A stretch of DNA of 64,000 nt from an uncultured Solirubrobacterales bacterium (GTDB lineage: Bacteria > Actinomycetota > Thermoleophilia > Solirubrobacterales > JBBDJG01): NCBI GenBank assembly GCA_963768885.1, contig CAVYJN010000006.1:757785-821784 (forward strand), written 5' to 3'. A program made the position numbers and the translations under genes. Under the pieces are notes generated by a model that made no database searches, was not told where the DNA came from, and was given only the letters and a program-made list of their open reading frames with translations. Shown piece by piece: positions 39,991-48,550 of the stretch; position 1 is the stretch's first letter; each line of letters opens with the position of its first letter.

Positions 39991-40778
39991 CCGAGGACGC
40001 CCTGCGGATCGCGCACATCTCAGACCTCCACTGCGGCTCGCCGCATTTCCAGGCCGACCTGCTCGAGCGCGCGATCGAGGAGATCAACGAGCTGCGGCCC
40101 GGCGTCACCGTGATCAGCGGCGACCTGACGGCTGACGGCTTCCGCGGCGAGTACCAGATCGCGCGGGAGTTCGTCGACCGGATCGAGTGCGAGCGGCTGA
40201 TCGTGGTGCCGGGCAACCACGACTCGCGCAACGTCGGCTACGTGCACTTCGAGGAGATGTTCGGCCCGCGCCATTCCGAGCTGCACTCGAACGGCGTCAC
40301 GATCGTGGCGGAGGACTCCTCCGAGCCCGACCTCAACCACGGCCAGGTCGGGCGCAACCGCTACCCGGTGATCGAGCAGAGCTTCCGCCACCACGCGGGA
40401 CTGCGGATCTTCGTCCTGCACCACCACCTGCTGCCGGTGCCCGGGACCGGCCGCGAGCGCAACATCGTCCACGACGCGGGCGACCTGCTCGAGGTCCTGC
40501 TGCGCTCGCGCGTCAACCTCGTGCTCGCCGGTCACAAGCACGTGCCCTACGCGTGGCGGCTCGAGGACCTGTTCGTGGTGACCACCGGCACGGTCTCGAC
40601 GCTGCGGCTGCGGGGGCACACGCGCCCCTGTTACAACGTGATCGAGATCGACCCTGAGACCGTGCGGATCGTGCGCCGCTACCCGTTCGACGGGGAGGAG
40701 CCGATCATCGAGTGGTCACGCGAGACGCCGCACGAGTACGAGAAGGCGGGGCTGCGCCGGGAGGAAGTCGGCGGGTGA
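39987..40778 (+). CDS. Calcineurin-like metallophosphoesterase
   Basis: The ATG overlaps the folP-like stop (ATGA). Motifs are HISDLHCG, ISGDLTADG, VPGNHD, VLHHHL and LAGHKHV. Confidence 0.8.
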   Translation: MTEDALRIAHISDLHCGSPHFQADLLERAIEEINELRPGVTVISGDLTADGFRGEYQIAREFVDRIECERLIVVPGNHDSRNVGYVHFEEMFGPRHSELHSNGVTIVAEDSSEPDLNHGQVGRNRYPVIEQSFRHHAGLRIFVLHHHLLPVPGTGRERNIVHDAGDLLEVLLRSRVNLVLAGHKHVPYAWRLEDLFVVTTGTVSTLRLRGHTRPCYNVIEIDPETVRIVRRYPFDGEEPIIEWSRETPHEYEKAGLRREEVGG

Positions 40779-40788
40779 GGCGGGTCCC

Positions 40789-42156
40789 TTGCGCGTCATC
40801 GCGCTCATAGACGGCGAGCACCATCCCGCGGTGGCGCGCGCGGCGCTCGATGCGCTCGAGCAGGAACACGAGATCGCCGCGGTGCTGTTCGCCGGCGGCG
40901 AGGAGAAGGTCGCGGCGGGGGTGAAGTCCGATCCACGTGCGCACTACGGTCGCCCGGTCGTGATGCCCGGCCCCGACCTGGTCGAGGCGCTGCGCTCGCT
41001 GATCCCGGCCGCCGGGGCCGACGCCCTGGTCGACCTCTCCGGCGAGCCGGTGCTCGATCCACCGAGGCGCTTCGAGCTCGCGGCGGTCGCGCTCGACCGT
41101 GGGCTGGCTTACCGGGCACCCGGCATGACGCTCGAGCCGCCCCTCGCGGTCGGGGAACCGACGAACGGGGTTCCCGTGATCGCCGTGATCGGGACCGGGA
41201 AGCGGACCGGCAAGACGGCGCTCGGCACCCATCTCGCCGCGCTCCTGCGCGACGCCGGTGAGAACCCGGTGGTGGTGTCGATGGGGCGGGGCGGCCCGCC
41301 GGAGCCGGTCGTCGTGCGCGCCGCCCAGCATGTCGGCCTGGACGGCCTGCTCGAGATCGCGCGGAGCGGGGGCCATGCCGCATCGGACTACCTCGAGGAC
41401 GCGGTGCTCGCCGGCGTGACGACCGTCGGCTGCCGCCGCTGCGGCGAGGGGCCGGCGGGGGAGACCTTCATGTCGAACGTCGTCGAGGGGTTTCGCGTCG
41501 CGCTCGCGGAGGCGCCGGGCGTGCTCGTGCTCGAGGGAAGCGGCGCGGCGCTCCCGCCCGTCGAGGCCCATGCGACCGTATGCGTCACCGCCGCGCGGCA
41601 TGCCCGGACGCAGGCGCTCGGCCACCTCGGCCCGCTGCGCCTCCTGCGGGCAGACCTGGTCGTCCTGCTCGGCGCGGCCGCGCTGGCGGCGCCCGAGCGG
41701 CGCGACCTCGAGGCCGGCCTCGCGCGCTGGGTCGCCCCCGAGCGCGTCCTCGCCTGCAGCCTGCGGCCCGAGCCCGCGGAGCCGCTGCCCGCCGGGTCGC
41801 GCGTCGCCTGTTTCGTGACGGCCTCGCCCGACGCGGCGGCCCCGATGAACGCGGAGCTGGCGGTGCAGGGCGTCGACGTCGTGCGGTTCTCCTCGAACCT
41901 GGCCCGGCGCGAGGCGCTCGAACGCGACGTGGAGGCGGCTGTGCGCGAGCGCTGCGACGTATTCCTGACCGAGTTGAAGGCGGCCGCGATCGACGTGGTC
42001 GCCGAGGCCGCGACGCGATCCGGCGCACGCCTCGCCTTCCTGCGCAACCGTCCCGTCGCCGACGATCCCGGGGCGCCGCTCGACGACGCGCTGCACGCGC
42101 TGCTCGGCACCGCTCGCGCGCGCGCGTCGGCGGGGGTCACGGAGGCGCGCCGGTGA
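40789..42156 (+). CDS. Cyclic 2,3-diphosphoglycerate synthetase (cDPGS) family protein
   Basis: 455 aa. It begins MRVIALIDGEHHPAVARAALDAL..., with P-loop VIGTGKRTGKT. Length and motifs match my recollection of the archaeal cDPGS family. The start is a TTG. Confidence 0.65.
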   Translation: MRVIALIDGEHHPAVARAALDALEQEHEIAAVLFAGGEEKVAAGVKSDPRAHYGRPVVMPGPDLVEALRSLIPAAGADALVDLSGEPVLDPPRRFELAAVALDRGLAYRAPGMTLEPPLAVGEPTNGVPVIAVIGTGKRTGKTALGTHLAALLRDAGENPVVVSMGRGGPPEPVVVRAAQHVGLDGLLEIARSGGHAASDYLEDAVLAGVTTVGCRRCGEGPAGETFMSNVVEGFRVALAEAPGVLVLEGSGAALPPVEAHATVCVTAARHARTQALGHLGPLRLLRADLVVLLGAAALAAPERRDLEAGLARWVAPERVLACSLRPEPAEPLPAGSRVACFVTASPDAAAPMNAELAVQGVDVVRFSSNLARREALERDVEAAVRERCDVFLTELKAAAIDVVAEAATRSGARLAFLRNRPVADDPGAPLDDALHALLGTARARASAGVTEARR

Positions 42157-42185
42157 GCGACGCACCGCGGTCGCGTGGCGCGCCG

Positions 42186-43133
42186 ATGGTCAGGGTCCGC
42201 AGCGACTACGGCCTGCCGTACTCCAAGGGCCTGATGGCGCAGTCGCTGATGGCGACGGGCCTGCCCTCGGAGCGCTCGTTCGCGCTCGCGCAGCAGATCG
42301 AGGAGCGGCTGGCCGCGCGCCGGTCGGCCGAGGTCGGCGTCGACGAGCTGCGGGCGGTCGCCGAGGACGTCGTGGCGGCCGCGGAGAGCGGGCAGGTGGT
42401 GGCGCGCCTGCGCCAGTGGTGGCGGGTGCGCAACCTCGATCGTCCGCTGCTGGTGCTGCTGGGCGGCGTGACAGGCGTCGGCAAGTCGACGGTCGCGACC
42501 CAGCTGGCGGGCCGGCTCGGGATCTCGCACGTGATGGCGACCGACCAGGTGCGGCAGGTCGTGCGCGCCTTCTTCTCGCACGAGTTCATGCCGTCGGTGC
42601 ACCACTCGTCCTTCGACGTCTCGAAGGCGATGTCGTCCCTGCCGCCCGACCCCTCCGGGACCGTCGCCGGCTACGTTCTCCAGGCCCAGGACATCGCGCC
42701 CGGCCTCGACGCGGTGGTCGAGCGCGCGATCTCGGACCGCACGCCGATGGTCGTCGAGGGCGTTCACCTGCTGCCGGAGATCCCGAGCGCGCACCTCTGC
42801 GAGCGCGCGACGACCGTGCGCGCGCTGATCGCGGTGCGCGACGAGGCCGAGCACCGCCAGCATTTCCACACCCGCGGGGTGCAGACGCTGCGCGCGCCCG
42901 AGCGCTACCTCGAGGCGCTGGACCGGATCCGCGTCCTGCAGGCGTACCTGATCGAGCGCGCGGAGGCTGCGGGGGTGCCGGTGATCGAGGCGCAGGGCCT
43001 CGAGGCGATGCTGCGGCGGGTGCTCGAGGTGGTGCTCGACGCGGTCGGAACCGCCTCGGGCGCTAGTCTTGCGGAGGAGTCCGGATCGGCCGGGCGCGAG
43101 CGGCGAGCGGGTCAGAAGGGAACGGGCCAATGA
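42186..43133 (+). CDS. 2-phosphoglycerate kinase (2PGK, COG2074-type) family protein
   Basis: The N-terminus is ATP-cone-like (MVRVRSDYGLPYSKGLMAQSLMATGLPSERSFALAQQIEERL). The P-loop is LLGGVTGVGKSTVATQLAGRLGI and the Walker-B-like motif is MVVEGVHL. An alternative GTG start at 42153 overlaps the cDPGS stop. Confidence 0.65.
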   Translation: MVRVRSDYGLPYSKGLMAQSLMATGLPSERSFALAQQIEERLAARRSAEVGVDELRAVAEDVVAAAESGQVVARLRQWWRVRNLDRPLLVLLGGVTGVGKSTVATQLAGRLGISHVMATDQVRQVVRAFFSHEFMPSVHHSSFDVSKAMSSLPPDPSGTVAGYVLQAQDIAPGLDAVVERAISDRTPMVVEGVHLLPEIPSAHLCERATTVRALIAVRDEAEHRQHFHTRGVQTLRAPERYLEALDRIRVLQAYLIERAEAAGVPVIEAQGLEAMLRRVLEVVLDAVGTASGASLAEESGSAGRERRAGQKGTGQ

Positions 43134-43822
43134 GATTCTTCATAGACACGGGATCTGTCGCAGAGGTCGAGGAGATCGCGGCATGGGGCATCCTCTCGGG
43201 AGCGACCACGAACCCGTCGCTGCTCGCCAAGGAGAAGGGCGAGCCCGGTGAGATCGTGCGCCGCATCTGCGACCTCGTCGGCGGCCCCGTGAGCGCCGAG
43301 GTCGTGTCCGACGACGCCGCGGGCATGATCGAGGAGGGCCACGCGCTCGCGACGCTGCACGAGCACGTCGTGGTGAAGGTGCCCTTCTCGCACGAGGGGC
43401 TGGCCGCGACCCGGGCGCTCTCGGACGACGGCATCCGGGTCAACATGACCCTGGTCTTCTCGGCCAACCAGGCTCTGCTCACGGCGCAGGCCGGCGCGGC
43501 GTTCGCGTCCTGCTTCATGGGCCGGCTCGACGACATCTCGATCGACTCCACCACCGTGGTTCGCGAGATCGTCGAGACGCTGCGCCCCGGTGGCACGACG
43601 ACCGAGGTGCTCGCCGCCTCGATCCGCCACCCCGAACACGTCGTGACGGCCGCGCGGCTCGGCTGCGAGGTCGCGACCGTGCCCACCAAGGTGTTTCGCC
43701 AGATGCTCTCGCACCCGCTCACCGAGCAGGGTCGCGAGCGCTTCAAGTCGGACTGGGAGTCCAGGCCAGAGTTCGTCGAATGGCTTCGTGAGCTGGTTTC
43801 GAAGCAGCCGGCGTCGGCTTAG
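43130..43822 (+). CDS. fsa: Fructose-6-phosphate aldolase / transaldolase (TalC/MipB subfamily)
   Basis: MRFFIDTGSVAEVEEIAAWGILSGATTNPSLL...VVKVP...NMTLVFS...SCFMGRLDD. ATGA overlap with the 2PGK stop. Confidence 0.85.
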   Translation: MRFFIDTGSVAEVEEIAAWGILSGATTNPSLLAKEKGEPGEIVRRICDLVGGPVSAEVVSDDAAGMIEEGHALATLHEHVVVKVPFSHEGLAATRALSDDGIRVNMTLVFSANQALLTAQAGAAFASCFMGRLDDISIDSTTVVREIVETLRPGGTTTEVLAASIRHPEHVVTAARLGCEVATVPTKVFRQMLSHPLTEQGRERFKSDWESRPEFVEWLRELVSKQPASA

Positions 43823-45245
43823 CGCCGAGTCGCCGGGGGCCGAGGCGGCCCCGGCGCTGGCGCTCGAGGAGGTGGAGGGCAGGCCCCTCGCGGACCTGCA
43901 CGCGCTGGCCGCGCAGGCCGGCATCCCGCGCTACCGGCTGATGCGCAGGGAGCAGCTCGTCTCCGCGCTCACCGGCGGCGCCGTCGCGACCCCCGAGCCG
44001 GCCGTCGCCCGCCGCGTCGAGCCCGTTCCCGCGGAGGCCCGCAGGCAGGAGACCGAGGACCTGCTCGAGGAGCACGCGGTCGCCGAGGAGATCGAGGAGC
44101 CCGAGCCGGAGCCGGAGCCCGAGCCGGAGGAAGCGGAGCCCGAGCCGGAGCCGGAGATCGAGGCCGAAGCCGAGGTCGAGGCAGCGCCCGAGGACGAGGA
44201 TCTCGAGGGAGAGCTGCGGTCCGGGGTGCTCGACCTGGTCGCGGACGGGTACGGGTTCCTGCGCGTCTCCGGGCTGCTGCGCTCACCGGAGGACCCCTAT
44301 GTCTCGCGGGACCTGGTGCGCCGCCACGGCCTGCGACGCGGCGAACGGGTGGCGGGCATCGTCGGCGGCGGCCCGCACGAGCGGCGACCGCGCCTGTCGA
44401 ACGTGGAGACGATCGAGGGCCGGCCGGTGACCGAGTCGCGCGACGTCCCGCCCGCGCTCGAGGAGCTGCCCGCGCGACGCCCGTCCCGGCCGCTGAGCTT
44501 CGGCGACTCCGATGCGGCGCGGATGGTGGAGCTGGTGGCACCGCTCGGATACGGCCAGCGGGTGCTCGTCTCGGGGCCGCCGGGCAGCGGCGCCACGGCG
44601 CTGCTGCGCCAGATTGCGGAGGGGATCGAGAGCGGCGGGACGCGCGTGCTGGTCGCGCTCGTCGACGTGCGCCCGGAGGAGGTGGGCGAATGGCCCGCCG
44701 CCGTGGAGGTCGCCGCAGCGGATGCGGGCAGCTCGCCTCGCGAGCAGGTCGCGCTGGCCGAGCTCGCGCTGGAGCGGGCCAAGCGGATCGCGGAGCGGGG
44801 CGAGGACGTCGTGCTCGTGCTCGATTCGATCAGCCGGCTGACCCGCGCCTACGGGCTCGCGCGCGGCGCGGGCACCGGGGAGGCGCATGCGGTGGGCCCG
44901 GTGGCCGTCGAATCGGTGAAGCGCTGGTTCGCCGCGGCCCGGGACGCCGGCGACGGCTCGCTGACGATCATCGCGGCCGCGCGCGTGGAGTCGGAGTCCG
45001 CCTTCGAGACGCTCGTCCACGAGGCGCTCGAGGACAGCGCCGGCAGCGTCGTGCGGCTCAGCCCCGAGCTGGCCGCGAAGGGCATGCGCCCGGCGATCGA
45101 CCCCGCCCGCTCGCGGACCCTGGGCGAGGAGGCGCTGATCGACGACGAGCGCCGCCGCACGCTCGAGAACATGCGCGGGGTTGCCCGCTCGCTCGATCCA
45201 GCCGAGGCCTGGGAGTTCCTGGCCGAGCGCGCACGTGAGGCCTGA
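43788..45245 (+). CDS. rho: Transcription termination factor Rho homologue with an acidic (EP)n insertion and degenerate ATPase motifs
   Basis: Rho_N region (LADLHALAAQAGIPRYRLMRREQLVSAL). OB/RNP motif GVLDLVADGYGFLRV...YVSRDLVRRHGLRRGERVAG. ATPase core VLVSGPPGSGATALL...LVDVRPEEV...VVLVLDSISRLTRAY...GSLTIIAAA. The start is uncertain: the GTG at 43788 overlaps fsa by 35 nt. Confidence 0.75.
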   Translation: MSWFRSSRRRLSAESPGAEAAPALALEEVEGRPLADLHALAAQAGIPRYRLMRREQLVSALTGGAVATPEPAVARRVEPVPAEARRQETEDLLEEHAVAEEIEEPEPEPEPEPEEAEPEPEPEIEAEAEVEAAPEDEDLEGELRSGVLDLVADGYGFLRVSGLLRSPEDPYVSRDLVRRHGLRRGERVAGIVGGGPHERRPRLSNVETIEGRPVTESRDVPPALEELPARRPSRPLSFGDSDAARMVELVAPLGYGQRVLVSGPPGSGATALLRQIAEGIESGGTRVLVALVDVRPEEVGEWPAAVEVAAADAGSSPREQVALAELALERAKRIAERGEDVVLVLDSISRLTRAYGLARGAGTGEAHAVGPVAVESVKRWFAAARDAGDGSLTIIAAARVESESAFETLVHEALEDSAGSVVRLSPELAAKGMRPAIDPARSRTLGEEALIDDERRRTLENMRGVARSLDPAEAWEFLAERAREA

Positions 45246-45275
45246 GGGCCGCCGCCGGCGACTTCGCCGGTCCGC

Positions 45276-45746
45276 TCAGCCCGGGTAGGCGACGGGCTTC
45301 CAGGAGGGCTCGGGCGAGAGCTCGATCAGCTCGGAGTCGCGATCGGGCTGCACGTAGCCGAAGCTGTGCGTGTCCGCGTGGAAGAAGATGTCGAGCTCGC
45401 CTTCCTTGACGCGCTGGTCGAGCCAGGCGCCGCGGAACACGAGCCGCCGCAGCCAGTGCACGAGCGAACGGTCCGCCGGGCCGACGAGGTCGTACCAGCG
45501 CTCGTTGACGTGCTCGCCCAGCGGGGAGGAGGGCTCGCGTATGTCGCCGTTCACGGCGAGGTTGACGAGATCGTCCAGCTCCTCGACCGCAAGCCCCGGC
45601 TGCACGAAGCAGAGCTTCACGGCGGCCTGCTCGACGCGCTGCCGGAAGTCCTCCTCGTTGAAGGTGAAGCGCAACTCCCCGTATTCGAGGACGTAGTCCT
45701 CCCCGGAGTTGTAGTTGCCCCGCTTCTTGGTGTCGTCTCGTGACAT
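45276..45746 (-). CDS. Hypothetical protein (156 aa)
   Basis: The coding-looking part of ORF 45276-46133 begins at the ATG at 45746 (MSRDDTKKRGNYNSGEDYVLEYGELRFTFNEEDF...). I recognise no family. Confidence 0.5.
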   Translation of the reverse strand: MSRDDTKKRGNYNSGEDYVLEYGELRFTFNEEDFRQRVEQAAVKLCFVQPGLAVEELDDLVNLAVNGDIREPSSPLGEHVNERWYDLVGPADRSLVHWLRRLVFRGAWLDQRVKEGELDIFFHADTHSFGYVQPDRDSELIELSPEPSWKPVAYPG

Positions 45747-45887
45747 GGTGTGGGTGCGGCCCCGCCTCGGAGCGCGTCTGAATCTTACGTGCGAGTCCTG
45801 CCCGGGCGCGACCACGTGACAGGTGTTTTGCACAGGACCGCCCAGCGGCCCACGATCAGTTTCGGGTTCCCGGGCCTTCTTCTTGAA

Positions 45888-46334
45888 ATGCGGCGGTTTC
45901 GAGTCGAACAGTCCCTCACGCTGGAGGCGCCCGGCGGCGCGATCGAGGCCTGGATCGCGGAGTCGTTTCGCGCGCGGCTGCTGGGGTGGGGGGGACTGGC
46001 CGCCGTCGATCCCGGCCGAGGCCTCGTGATCCCGCGCTGCCGCTCGGTGCACACCTTCGGCATGCGGTTCCCGATCGACGTCGCGTTCGTCGACTGGCCG
46101 CCCGTCCCGCGGGGCGCCGTGCTCGCGCTCCACGAGGCGGTGGGCGCGATGCGGGTCCTGCGCTGCGGCGGAGGGCGCGCCGGCCGCGTCGCCGCGCTCG
46201 AGGCGCCCCCCGGCACGCTCGCCGCGCTTGGGTTGCGTCCCGGGGCGTCGGTCCTGCTGCCCGTCGGGGAGCGGCTGTTAACTTCACGACGTGAGCGCCG
46301 ATGCGCCGATCGAGGTCTGGCAGGCCCCCGTTGA
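45888..46334 (+). CDS. DUF192 (COG1430) family protein
   Basis: ...RARLLGWGGLAAVDPGRGLVIPRCRSVHTFGMRFPIDVAFVD... matches the DUF192 core. The ATG at 45888 is in the frame of ORF 45750-46334. The 3' end overlaps the next gene and is uncertain. Confidence 0.55.
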   Translation: MRRFRVEQSLTLEAPGGAIEAWIAESFRARLLGWGGLAAVDPGRGLVIPRCRSVHTFGMRFPIDVAFVDWPPVPRGAVLALHEAVGAMRVLRCGGGRAGRVAALEAPPGTLAALGLRPGASVLLPVGERLLTSRRERRCADRGLAGPR

Positions 46335-46995
46335 CGTGCATGCGCGGGATTCGCGTTCACTGCTTCGCACGCTCGCACCCGAGGAGCGGCGGCGGGCCGC
46401 GTCCGGCACGTCACGGGCGCTGCGCTGGGCCGCGGGGCGCTCCGCGCTGCGGGTGATCCTTGCGGGGTATCTCGGCTCCGATCCCGCCACGATCGCCTTC
46501 GAGCACGGGCCGCACGGCAAGCCCTCCGTGACCGGCGGGCCCGAGTTCAGCTTCTCGGCCTCCGGTGGCATGGCGCTCGTCGCCGTCTCGCCGGCCGGGC
46601 CGGTCGGCGTGGACGTCGAGCGCATCCGGCCGCGGCGAGCCGCCGGGCGCATCGCGCGCAGCCGGTTCGCGGCGGCGGAGCGCACGGCGCTCGCCGCGCG
46701 CGGCCCGCGCGCCGGGCAGGCGGCCTTCCACCGCTGCTGGGCCGCCAAGGAGGCATACGCGAAGGGCCTCGGGCGCGGCCTCGCCCTGGGCCTCGACCGC
46801 TACTCGGTCGCCGGCCTCGTTGGCCCGGAGGCGACGGCTCGCTGCGCGGTCGAGCACCCTGGCCGGTCCGGCGAGCCGTGGGAGGTCGAGCGGCTGCCGG
46901 CGGCGGCGGGATACGCCGCGGCGATCGCGGCCGCGGGGCCGGCCTGGCGGGCCGAGCTGCGCCCCTACCCCGGGCCGGAGGGCCGCGATGGCTGA
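46291..46995 (+). CDS. 4'-phosphopantetheinyl transferase (Sfp type)
   Basis: GKPSV...FSFSASGGMALVAVSPAGPVGVDVERIR...FHRCWAAKEAYAKGLG (PPTase motifs 2 and 3). Confidence 0.75.
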   Translation: MSADAPIEVWQAPVDVHARDSRSLLRTLAPEERRRAASGTSRALRWAAGRSALRVILAGYLGSDPATIAFEHGPHGKPSVTGGPEFSFSASGGMALVAVSPAGPVGVDVERIRPRRAAGRIARSRFAAAERTALAARGPRAGQAAFHRCWAAKEAYAKGLGRGLALGLDRYSVAGLVGPEATARCAVEHPGRSGEPWEVERLPAAAGYAAAIAAAGPAWRAELRPYPGPEGRDG

Positions 46996-47440
46996 GCGTG
47001 CCGAACGGGAGCAGGTCCTGTCGGAGCGCAACATCGCCCTGCTGCGCGAGGCCTACGAGGCGATCGGCGAGGACGGGCTCGAGGGCGCGGCCGCATGGGA
47101 GCTGATCGACGACGACATCCTGATCCGGGACCGCCCCGAGGCCCCCGACCCGCAGACCTACCGCGGCCGCGAAGGCGCGCGCAAGGCGCTCGCCGTCAGC
47201 GACGAGAGCTTCGAGTCGTTCGCGATGGTTCCGGTCGAGATGATCGGGGTCGGCGACCAGCACGTCGTCGTGGTGCTGAGGATGTCGGGCCGCGGCCGCG
47301 GGAGCGGCGTCCCCGTCGAGGAGACGATCGCGCACCTCTGGACGGTGCGCGGCGGCAAGGCGGTCGCGCTCCAGGTCTACACCGACCCCGCGGACGCGCT
47401 GCGCGACGCGCGCGCGGCCGGCGACGCGGACGGGGGATAG
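46988..47440 (+). CDS. SnoaL/NTF2-like small protein
   Basis: MAERAEREQVLSERNIALLREAYEAIGEDG...ETIAHLWTVRGGKAVALQVYTD. The ATG at 46988 overlaps the PPTase 3' end. Confidence 0.55.
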   Translation: MAERAEREQVLSERNIALLREAYEAIGEDGLEGAAAWELIDDDILIRDRPEAPDPQTYRGREGARKALAVSDESFESFAMVPVEMIGVGDQHVVVVLRMSGRGRGSGVPVEETIAHLWTVRGGKAVALQVYTDPADALRDARAAGDADGG

Positions 47441-47449
47441 GCTCCGCCG

Positions 47450-48544
47450 ATGGCGCGGATCGTGGTCTTCGGGGCAACGGGGTACACCGGCCGGCTCACC
47501 GCCGAGGCGCTCGTGGCGCGGGGCGAGCGGCCCGTGCTCGCGGCCCGCGGCGCCGACCGGGTGGCCGCGCTCGCCGCCGAGCTCGGCGGCCTCGATACCG
47601 CGGTCGCCGACGTGGGGAGGCCGGAGACGGTTCGCGCGCTCGTCGAGCGCGGCGACGTGCTCGTCGCCACGGTCGGCCCGTTCGTGCGCTACGGCCACCC
47701 GGCCGTCGAGGCGGCCGTCGGCGCCGGTGCGGCCTACATCGACTCGACCGGCGAGCCGGTCTTCATCCGCGAGGTCTTCGAGCGCTACGGCCCCGCCGCC
47801 GCGCGCAGCGGCGCCGCGCTGATGACGGCGATGGGCTACGACTGGGTGCCCGGCAACCTCGCCGGGGCGCTCGCCGCGGAGCGCGCCGGCCCGGCGGCCG
47901 TGCGCGTCGACACGGGCTACTTCCTCACCGGCAGCGCGGGAATGAGCGGCGGCACCCGCGCCACGACCGCCGCCGGGTTCAGCGCGCCGGGGTTCGCGTG
48001 GCGCGACGGCCGCATCGTCACCGAGCGCGCGGCCAAGCGCGTGCGCGCGTTCGAGGTGGGCGGCGCGAGCCGGCAGGCCGTGAGCGCCGGTGCATCAGAC
48101 CACTTCGGGATCCCGCGCTTCGCGCCGGGTGTGCGGGAGGTGAACGCCTACCTCGGCTGGTTCGGCGGGATGTCGCGTCCCCTGCAGGTCTTCTCGGCGG
48201 CCGGGTCGGCCGCGATGTCGGTCCCCGGCGCACGCGCGCTCACCGAGGCGGCGACCAAGCGCTTCGTGAAGGGGTCGACGGGCGGCCCGGGCGAGCAGGA
48301 GCGCGCGAACAGCGGCTCCCACGTCGTCGCGATCGCCTACGACGCCGGGGGCAGCGAGCTCGCGGAGGTGCACCTCACCGGCGTCAACGCCTACACGTTC
48401 ACGGCGGGGATGATGGCGTGGGCTGCGGGGCGCGCACGCGCGGGCGCCGTGCAGGGCACCGGCGCGCTCGCCCCGGTCGAGGCCTTCGGGCTGCGGGAGC
48501 TCGAGGCCGGTGCCGCCGAGGCCGGCCTCGCCGAGGCCGGCTAG
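47450..48544 (+). CDS. Saccharopine dehydrogenase-like NAD(P)-binding oxidoreductase
   Basis: Rossmann N-terminus MARIVVFGATGYTGRLTAEALVARG. The family-typical stretch is ...VATVGPFVRYGHPAVEAAVGAGAAYIDSTGE.... Confidence 0.7.
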   Translation: MARIVVFGATGYTGRLTAEALVARGERPVLAARGADRVAALAAELGGLDTAVADVGRPETVRALVERGDVLVATVGPFVRYGHPAVEAAVGAGAAYIDSTGEPVFIREVFERYGPAAARSGAALMTAMGYDWVPGNLAGALAAERAGPAAVRVDTGYFLTGSAGMSGGTRATTAAGFSAPGFAWRDGRIVTERAAKRVRAFEVGGASRQAVSAGASDHFGIPRFAPGVREVNAYLGWFGGMSRPLQVFSAAGSAAMSVPGARALTEAATKRFVKGSTGGPGEQERANSGSHVVAIAYDAGGSELAEVHLTGVNAYTFTAGMMAWAAGRARAGAVQGTGALAPVEAFGLRELEAGAAEAGLAEAG

Positions 48545-48550
48545 CGAGGA

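Noticed and set aside
45246-45275. CCGGCG-ACTT-CGCCGG hairpin between the convergent rho-like and hypothetical genes, considered as a terminator
   Set aside because: The stem is short (6 bp) with no U-tract on either strand. This is too weak to call.
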